The notes under the pieces are model-generated. The model saw only the letters and a list, made by a program, of their open reading frames with translations. It made no database searches and had not been told where the DNA came from. Below are positions 59,001-64,000 of a DNA stretch of 64,000 bases, one piece after another. How positions within the stretch are numbered: the stretch's first letter is position 1; each line of letters begins with the position of its first letter. The DNA is from Raja brachyura (Eukaryota): positions 14,942,001 to 15,006,000 of the forward strand of contig OY740814.1 of assembly GCA_963514005.1 (NCBI GenBank). Direction: 5' to 3'. A program made the position numbers and the translations under genes.

Positions 59001-60167
59001 TTGAAAAAATGCTGAAAGGGCAGGGAAGTAGAAATCAATGCAGTCACAGGGAGAATGTGCAAACTCCACACAGGCAGTATCCGTAGTCAGGATAGTACTG
59101 GGTCCCTGGTGCTTTGAGGTAGTCACTCTACCAGCTGCTCAATTGTGCCACCCAAATGGAGTCTCTTTTTGTATAAAAAACAATCCAACTGCTTACAGCC
59201 CAGTGATATGACTATTGATTTATTTCACTTCAGGTAGCCCCGGCATTTATTCTTTCTCTCCCTCTCCCCCCCCCCCCCCCTCTCCCCCCCCCCCCCTCTC
59301 CCCCCCCCCTCTCCCCCCCCCCTCTCCCCCCCCCCCTCTCCCCCCCCCCCCTCCCCCTCTCCCCCCCCCCTCTCCCCCCCCCCCTCTCCCCCCCCCCCCT
59401 CCCCCCCCCCCTCCCCCCCCCCCCCCCCTCCCCCCCCCCCTCCCCCCCCCCCTCTCCCCCCCCCCTCTCCCCCCCCCCTCTCCCCCCCCCCCCTCTCCCC
59501 CCCCCCTCTCCTCCCCCCCCCTCTCCTCCCCCCCTCTCCCCCCCCCTCTCCTCCCCCCCCCCTCCCCCCCCCCCTCTCCCACCCCCCCTCTCCCCCCCCC
59601 CCCTCAAAATCCGAAACGTCACCTATTCCTACACTGCAGAGATGCTGCCTGTCCCGCTGGGTTACTCCAGCTTTTTGTGTCTATATTCGTGTTAATCCAA
59701 TATACTTTTTGCCCCTCCCCTAATTTGTGGTTTAATTTAAATTTTATTATACTGTGGACTCCCTGGTTATCTTTTGTGCCTTTAGTCATTGGTACTTTTG
59801 AGTGATTAAGAAAAATCGTGCTCATAGTGCAACTCAGCCTTCAAACATAAGATGATTTAAGATTCAACTCATGACTCCTCCTGTAGAAATATGTTAAACA
59901 TGCATGATGCTCAATGGTTCTGGCAAACTGACCTGGCTACTGGTCAAAGACTGAATAGAGTTGATGCTTTGAAGAAAATATTAATAAAACACAATGTTCT
60001 TTGTTTTTGTAAATGATTTCATGATAATTCCCACTTCTTGTATTCCAGTGAAAATCCCATAATGTGGAGAATGGAGATTATTAGTGGTCACGGGCAAAAA
60101 GAATTAAAGACGATATGGCAGGTGAACACCAAGCCACCTGTGGATCATATTACGTTTACTACCCCAG
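25993..60167 (+). CDS. ZWILCH: Kinetochore RZZ-complex protein Zwilch, spliced CDS, 3'-partial: join(25993-26045,30615-30666,32758-32853,33942-34063,36276-36475,37494-37573,39118-39273,41723-41794,43110-43203,46863-46918,52167-52275,53571-53650,54157-54313,54805-54833,54931-55067,57378-57473,60049-60167)
   Basis: 17 AG/GT exons join in frame (1708 nt). Recognisable Zwilch segments: [74 protein letters not shown]. Head-to-head with RPL4 as in other vertebrates. Confidence 0.93.
26359..27380 (-). mobile_element. Young 5'-truncated CR1-clade LINE (RT C-terminal region intact) in ZWILCH intron 1
   Basis: Uninterrupted ~300-aa ORF segment GSVLGPQLF...KFADD...RDLGV...[11 protein letters not shown]...FFTQRVV; 3' UTR and (TTTCTATG)n tail. 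Confidence 0.92.
28260..28732. mobile_element. Penelope-like palindromic element, degraded
   Basis: AAGGAACCGCAGATGCT...CTGGAGTAACTCAGC left arm; GCTGAGTTACTCCAGC right arm; eroded CTGAAGAAG core at ~28649. Confidence 0.55.
29862..30125 (-). mobile_element. CR1-clade LINE 3' end
   Basis: AATAGGTGCAGGGGTAGGCCATTCGGCCC...GGCAGAGAATT matches the 26359 copy. Confidence 0.75.
30615..30666 (+). CDS. ZWILCH: ZWILCH exon 2
   Basis: tcag|[18 protein letters not shown]|gtaatg. Confidence 0.88.
31805..32105 (+). mobile_element. Degraded V-SINE
   Basis: GGCAGAGCTGTTGCCTCA...GTGGAGTTTGC...TGCTCTGGTTTCCTC...CCTGTTTCCATGCTGT. Confidence 0.55.
32758..32853 (+). CDS. ZWILCH: ZWILCH exon 3
   Basis: [32 protein letters not shown]|gtaagt. 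Confidence 0.87.
33340..33485 (+). mobile_element. Penelope-like element with the best-preserved hammerhead core (33364-33391)
   Basis: CTGAAGA-AGGGTCTCGACCC-GAAAC-GAC, followed by the family arm. Confidence 0.65.
33942..34063 (+). CDS. ZWILCH: ZWILCH exon 4
   Basis: [40 protein letters not shown](R). Confidence 0.85.
35415..35543 (-). mobile_element. Short non-autonomous retro-insertion with a 5' HDV/CPEB3-like ribozyme fold and a (GAA)n tail
   Basis: 9-bp direct repeat CTGTAGGTT at 35406-35414 and 35544-35552. The - strand starts GGGGTGG... and ends ...ACGCAAGAAGAAG. Confidence 0.75.
35489..35542 (-). ncRNA. HDV-like (CPEB3-type) self-cleaving ribozyme motif, 54 nt, one P3 mismatch
   Basis: GGGGUGG-AA-GAUUGUA-ACC-UUCAGGU-UGU-CCGCCCC-GU-UUCGA-CGAA-UGCAAUC: P1 7 bp, P2 7 bp, P3 2 of 3 bp, J4/2 CGAA. 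Confidence 0.7.
36276..36475 (+). CDS. ZWILCH: ZWILCH exon 5
   Basis: [16 protein letters not shown]...[19 protein letters not shown]...VTCS. Confidence 0.93.
37494..37573 (+). CDS. ZWILCH: ZWILCH exon 6
   Basis: [27 protein letters not shown]|gtaggt. Confidence 0.87.
39118..39273 (+). CDS. ZWILCH: ZWILCH exon 7
   Basis: [20 protein letters not shown]...[10 protein letters not shown]|gtaagt. Confidence 0.92.
40805..41352 (-). mobile_element. CR1-clade LINE 3' fragment, second subfamily with (ATTGTCT)n tail
   Basis: [30 protein letters not shown]...; tail ACAATAGACAATAG on +. Confidence 0.85.
41723..41794 (+). CDS. ZWILCH: ZWILCH exon 8
   Basis: [24 protein letters not shown]|gtaagt. Confidence 0.92.
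42660..42985. mobile_element. Partial PIF/Harbinger-type MITE (one TIR)
   Basis: Ends GTGGGACAGCCCCT-TAA, resembling the TIR of the 61727 element. Confidence 0.45.
43110..43203 (+). CDS. ZWILCH: ZWILCH exon 9
   Basis: [31 protein letters not shown]. Confidence 0.92.
44724..46145. mobile_element. Non-autonomous hAT-like DNA element with nested TIRs and CT/GA minisatellite arms
   Basis: TIR CAAAGATTATAGAGGAGCAAGAT / ATCTTGTTCCTCTATAATCTG; 8-bp direct repeat GTGCTTAC at 44716-44723 and 46146-46153. Confidence 0.65.
44936..45878. repeat. CT-rich and GA-rich TCGA-punctuated low-complexity arrays in inverted orientation
   Basis: (CTCTCGATC...)n at 44936-45430 and (GAGAAGAGAGG/GATCGAGAG)n at 45660-45878. 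Confidence 0.85.
46355..46457 (+). mobile_element. Helitron-like 3' terminus
   Basis: Hairpin GACCC-AAC-GGGTC, then 9 nt, then CTAG followed by host T. The motif GCTATGNGTGAGTGGTG recurs at ~44540. The 5' end is not located. Confidence 0.55.
46863..46918 (+). CDS. ZWILCH: ZWILCH exon 10
   Basis: [19 protein letters not shown]|gtatga; phases 1 and 0 fit the neighbouring exons. Confidence 0.8.
47995..50360 (+). mobile_element. Old, fragmented CR1-clade LINE with nested SINE insertions
   Basis: Remnants [14 protein letters not shown] and LVRPRL...KLERLGL in broken frames. Confidence 0.65.
48453..48735 (-). mobile_element. V-SINE nested in the CR1 fragment
   Basis: GTCAGGATCGAACCC (reverse B box), GGAGAAAACCCAC, homologous to 127-400. 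Confidence 0.65.
51651..52103. mobile_element. MITE with ~23-bp TIRs (possibly Tc1/pogo-type)
   Basis: AGGTCCGCCACCGATTTTCCGGC vs reverse complement of the right end AGGTCCACTACCGATTTTCCAGC (20/23). Confidence 0.6.
52167..52275 (+). CDS. ZWILCH: ZWILCH exon 11
   Basis: [36 protein letters not shown]. Confidence 0.92.
53571..53650 (+). CDS. ZWILCH: ZWILCH exon 12
   Basis: [27 protein letters not shown]. Confidence 0.92.
54157..54313 (+). CDS. ZWILCH: ZWILCH exon 13
   Basis: [17 protein letters not shown]...[19 protein letters not shown]. Confidence 0.93.
54805..54833 (+). CDS. ZWILCH: ZWILCH exon 14 (29-nt microexon)
   Basis: ctag|GT CAA GAA CTC ACT ACC TTG AAT TAC TTG|gtaagg = [10 protein letters not shown]. 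Confidence 0.88.
54931..55067 (+). CDS. ZWILCH: ZWILCH exon 15
   Basis: [45 protein letters not shown]. Confidence 0.93.
55190..56225. mobile_element. Cluster of Penelope-like palindromic elements interrupted by a CR1 tail (~56005-56160)
   Basis: Family arms at 55190, 55400 and 55845; eroded hammerhead cores at ~55260-55287, ~55443-55472 and ~55948-55992. Confidence 0.55.
56861..57223. mobile_element. Miniature DIRS-like element (termini plus internal complementary region)
   Basis: 70-bp inverted repeat 56861-56930 / 57071-57140 (68/70). The adjacent 57148-57162 is complementary to 57206-57220. Confidence 0.55.
57378..57473 (+). CDS. ZWILCH: ZWILCH exon 16
   Basis: [31 protein letters not shown]. 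Confidence 0.93.
57500..58340 (-). mobile_element. Degraded Rex1/L2-type LINE 3' region
   Basis: [13 protein letters not shown]...[17 protein letters not shown]; [12 protein letters not shown]. Confidence 0.7.
59254..59605. repeat. C-rich low-complexity array (CnT/CnTCT)n
   Basis: About 350 bp of poly-C runs separated by single T or TCT. Confidence 0.9.
60049..60167 (+). CDS. ZWILCH: ZWILCH exon 17
   Basis: [39 protein letters not shown]; ends in phase 1, so a final exon is still required. Confidence 0.9.
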
Positions 60168-60289
60168 GTATTTCCTTTTATGCATTCAAACTTAATCTGC
60201 CATTTCTCTGCCCATTGCTGTAGCTGATATATATCCCTCTGTATATTTTGACAGCCTTCCTCACAGTCTGCAACTCCGGCAATCTTGGT

Positions 60290-61291
60290 GTCACAGTGAT
60301 GAGCTTTGTGATGGTATGGGAGTCTGTGGCCTAATGATTGTTAGTGGGTTCATGGTGCAGGGACGAGGAGGTGTCTGAGAGCTCCCAGCTCCCCTCTCCT
60401 TTACTCTCTCTGCACCAACGACTGCACCTCCACAGACACCTCTGTCAAGCTTCTCACGTTTGCTGATGACACAATCCTGATTGGACTGATCCAGGATGGG
60501 GAGGAATCTGTCTACAAACAGGAAGTGGCACAGCTGGCGTCCTGGTGGCATCGCAACAACTTGGAGCTAAATGCTCTTACGGCAGTGGAATTAATTGTAG
60601 ATTTTAGGAGAGCTTCCCCTCCCCTCCCCCACTCACCATCAACAACACCACACGTATGGAGTCATTTTTGTTCCTTGGAACCATCATCTCCAGGGACCTA
60701 GAATGGGAGGCCACCATCGACTCCACAGTCAAAAAGACTCAACAAAGGATATACTTCCTGCAGCAGCTGAGAAAACACAATTTGCCACAGGCAATGATGG
60801 TTCGGTTTTATATATCGTCTGTCCTCACCTTCTCCATCACGGTCTGGTTTGGCTCAGCCACCAAGCACGACATCCGGAGGCTGCAGCGCACCGTTTGATC
60901 AGCCGAGAAGGTTGTTGGCTGCAACCTTTCCCCCCCCCCCCATAACGACGAACTGTACACTGCAAGGGCCAGGAAGCCAGTGGGTAAGATCATTGCTGAC
61001 CCTTCTCACCCTGGCCACAAACTCTATGAAGTACTTCCCTCCGGGAGGCGACGCCGGAGCCTCCCGACATAGCCAGACATAAAAGCAGCTTTTTTCCACG
61101 AGCAGTAGCTCTACTCAACTGCCAAAAGTTTGTAGCCTCCTTTTGCCCTGGTATTTTATTTAATTCTTCACATATTTAAATTATAATGTTTTATTTTTAA
61201 TTGTGTTATCCTTGCGAGCAAAGCGCCAAGGCAAATTCCTTGTATGTACATACTTGGCTAATAAAATGTATTCAATTCAATTCAATTCAAT
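60290..61291 (+). mobile_element. Rex1-like LINE 3' fragment with (ATTCA)n tail
   Basis: FADDTILIGLI; FLGTIISRDLEW...KKTQQRIYFLQQLRK; AATAAAA followed by ATTCA repeats. Confidence 0.8.
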
Positions 61292-61726
61292 CTGCAAAGT
61301 AGAGATCAGATTGGCAGACCACAGTGGCAATGTCCTTGTTTGCAGGTGAGATTGAGGTAGAAGGGTGTGAAGATGCGATTGAGATATAAGTCATTCGGCG
61401 TGTATGAGGTTGGAGTAGACGAGGGGAAAATGACAGTGAATTTCCAGATCATTGTTTACTGGCTGCCAAGTCAGTGTGTTGGCAGGTCTGCATTGTATGG
61501 TACAGATTCAAATATAGGACAACTCGACTAGCTGTTAAGTGATTTCCTTGAATTCTTTAGGCCTATTTGTAACCTTTTCTAATCAAAAATATTTTTCCAT
61601 CTATTAGATAGATTTGTTTTGGTTAACAATATGCTTCTATCTCACTGAGTTCATGTATAAATTGCTGTGTAGTTTAGGAAACGTACAGCTGTGGCTTGTG
61701 TTTTAGTCAGTTTAGATTACACTTTA

Positions 61727-62164
61727 AAGCCTAGTTCCACGGTACGAGTTCATTCCAAGAGCTCTCCCGAGTTTGCCCTGATTCGAACTCGGAGATTTAC
61801 GGTAATGGGGGCTCTCGTGGAAATTTTTGAACATGTTGAAAAATCCTCATGAGTCTCCCCGTGCATACCTGCCGTTAGCGAGTCTTCCCGAGTACCTGCC
61901 GTTAGCGTTACAAGCCGCTAAGAGACGTCCCCGAGCTCCGACATGCCTGCAACATTGATTCTCTGTACTTACCGCGAGTCTTCCCGTGCATACCTGCCGT
62001 TAGCGAGTCTTCCCGGGTACCTGCCGTTAACGTTACGAGCCACTAAGAGACGTCCCCGAGCTCCGACGTACCCGCTACGTTCATTCTCCGTGCTTACCAC
62101 GAGTTTGATTTTTTTTAAACTCCGGAGAGCTCTTGGAATGAACTAGTACTGTGGGACAGGGCTA
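61727..62164. mobile_element. PIF/Harbinger-type MITE with TTA target duplication
   Basis: ~48-bp imperfect TIRs (...CCACGGTACGAGTTCATTCCAAGAGCTCTCC); TTA at 61724-61726 and 62165-62167; internal ~90-bp duplication. Confidence 0.75.
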
Positions 62165-63199
62165 TTAAATGGGTTCCTATTTGAAAGTTTTAAATGTTAC
62201 TTTGTTTAAAATATGCTTTATTTTCAAAATGTATTACATGACACTTGAATGTTTATGGTCAATTTCTGTACTGTTGCATTATACTTTATCAAAGCACATT
62301 TGAAAATGCATGGTCATTTAACCTTCCTATGGCCTAAGAAAATTGATACACTGGTTTTAAATGAGTTAAAAATATACACAGCTAATTTTGTTTCCCTTTT
62401 GTTTTGAAGATCTGCAAACTGATGACGCAACTCTGAGTAACGATTGTGAGGAAGCATTTTATTACAATACAGTGATTAACTGCAGTCAAGCACATTTCAG
62501 CTAAATCATTGTAGGAAAAAGGTAAATCGAACAGTATAATTTTTTTCCAAACATTGTACCTTTTTATTCTACATGGAGAGTTAATCATTCTACTACAGGC
62601 ACTTGAACATTATCCCGTCAAGATTTTCTCCAGTACTACCTAGCAACCAGGATAATGTATGTGGTTAGAAGAGCAAAACATTAAAGATGATGCAAATCTA
62701 AAATCAAATCAAAAATCCTGGAGATACTCAGCGGGTAGCATTTTGTAGAAAATAAAAAAAATTAACTGCTCAGGTCGACCTACTGTTAGAACGCAGTTTA
62801 CTAAGTTGCCACAATTACTGAATATGATTTCATAAAGATGAATAATTGGTACACAATAGATAATTTCAAATGTATTATGGAGTTGCACAGCATGCAAAGA
62901 GGCCCTATGGCCCAACCCATCCATGCACCCTTCCAAGCTTGTTCTATTTGCCGGTACACAAAAGGCTGGAGAACCTCAGCGGGTGCAGCAGCAGCTATGG
63001 AGCGAAGGAGATAGGTGACGTTTCGGGTCGAGACCCTTGTTCTATTTGCCTGTGTTTGGCCCATATCTCTCTAAACCTATTCATTTACCTTTCCAAATGT
63101 CTTGATATCGTATGTGTCTCAACTACTTCATTATGTGGCTTATGCCATATATGTTGCACCCTCTATGTGGAAAGAGTTGCTCCTCGGGTTCCTATTATA

Positions 63200-63533
63200 T
63201 CTTTCAGTGAAGTATATCAGTGAAGAAAGCGAATGGTATGTTAGCATTCATAGCAAAAGGATTTGAGTATAGGAGCAGGGAGGTTCTACTGCAGGTGTAC
63301 AGGGTCTTGGTGAGACCACAGCTGGTGTATTGCGTACAGTTTTGGTCTCCAAATCTGAGGAAAGACATTCTTGCCATAGAGGGAGTACATAGAAGGTTCA
63401 CCAGACTAATTCCTGGGATCAGGGGCTATGGAGAGAAGGCAGGTAAGGGATACTGAGTTGGATGATCAGCCATTATCATATTGAATGGCCGAATGGCCTA
63501 CTCCTGCACCTATTTTCTATGTTTCTATGTTTC
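63200..63533 (+). mobile_element. CR1 3' fragment with internal deletion
   Basis: [23 protein letters not shown]...RLIPG fused directly to IRGYGEKAG; (TTTCTATG)n tail. Confidence 0.85.
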
Positions 63534-64000
63534 CCCTCTCACTTAAACCAATGCCCTCTAGTTTGGGATTATGAGTGACAAAACTTAATATGAACTCCTG
63601 AACCTGACTCAGCTTTTAATTTTGTGTAGTAGAATTAAAAATACCGTAGAATTGGTTTTGATGCCCATTTTACAAGTTTGAATAATAGCTTTAAGATTCC
63701 ATCTTTCAGTGGTAATTTTATTTGGACAAACCCCTTGACAACTGTTATGATTTGTCAGCAATACTTTACAATAGATCAATTAATAATATTTGTTTACAGA
63801 GATAATATACCATTGAGTATATGTTATATGGACAGGGGAATTGTGTGTCAATGGTTAGTGATTCACGTGTAAAAATCACATGTTCAGCTTGTCTTTTGAC
63901 TCATTTTTTACTATATTTTAATCTAGACCAAGTTGTTATGGTCTTCATTGTGACACACTGAAGAACTGGCTGATTTATTCAACGTGGCACTTTTCATTAG

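Noticed and set aside
59215-59805. Poly-Pro and poly-Gly ORFs
   Set aside because: Translation of the poly-C array; no splice or homology support.
61850-62070. CRISPR-like repeated units
   Set aside because: Eukaryotic intron, no unique spacers; these are internal repeats of a MITE.
63678-64000. Candidate last ZWILCH exon (acceptors near 63799-63801 and 63926)
   Set aside because: Phase-1 translations (DNIPLSICY..., DQVVMVFIVTH*) do not resemble the Zwilch C-terminus as I know it. The real exon is probably beyond the window, which ends on TTTTCATTAG.

Overview
Eukaryotic, intron-rich vertebrate DNA. The repeat content (V-SINE/HE1-like SINEs, CR1/HER1-like LINE tails, Penelope-derived palindromes) suggests a cartilaginous fish, probably a skate or ray; this is inference. 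The window holds the conserved MAP2K1 - RPL4 - ZWILCH block. MAP2K1 (MEK1) coding exons 2-11 lie on + (1384-12514; exon 1 is upstream of the window). RPL4 is complete on - (10 coding exons, 359 aa, 25451-16072). ZWILCH coding exons 1-17 lie on + (25993-60167; last exon not identified) and share a ~540 bp bidirectional promoter with RPL4. RPL4 introns carry two intact SNORD16 copies, four SNORD18 copies and two probable decayed copies, and intron 3 is a U12-type GT-AG intron. SNAPC5, which lies between MAP2K1 and RPL4 in amniotes, is not visible. The most unusual signal is a 129-bp, TSD-flanked, non-coding retro-insertion at 35415-35543 (-). It begins at the predicted cleavage site of a 54-nt CPEB3/HDV-like ribozyme fold and ends in a (GAA)n tail. 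The window also has many Penelope-type palindromic elements with minimal hammerhead cores, a miniature DIRS-like element and a nested hAT/Helitron-like cluster. Most entries in the ORF track are spurious or transposon-derived.
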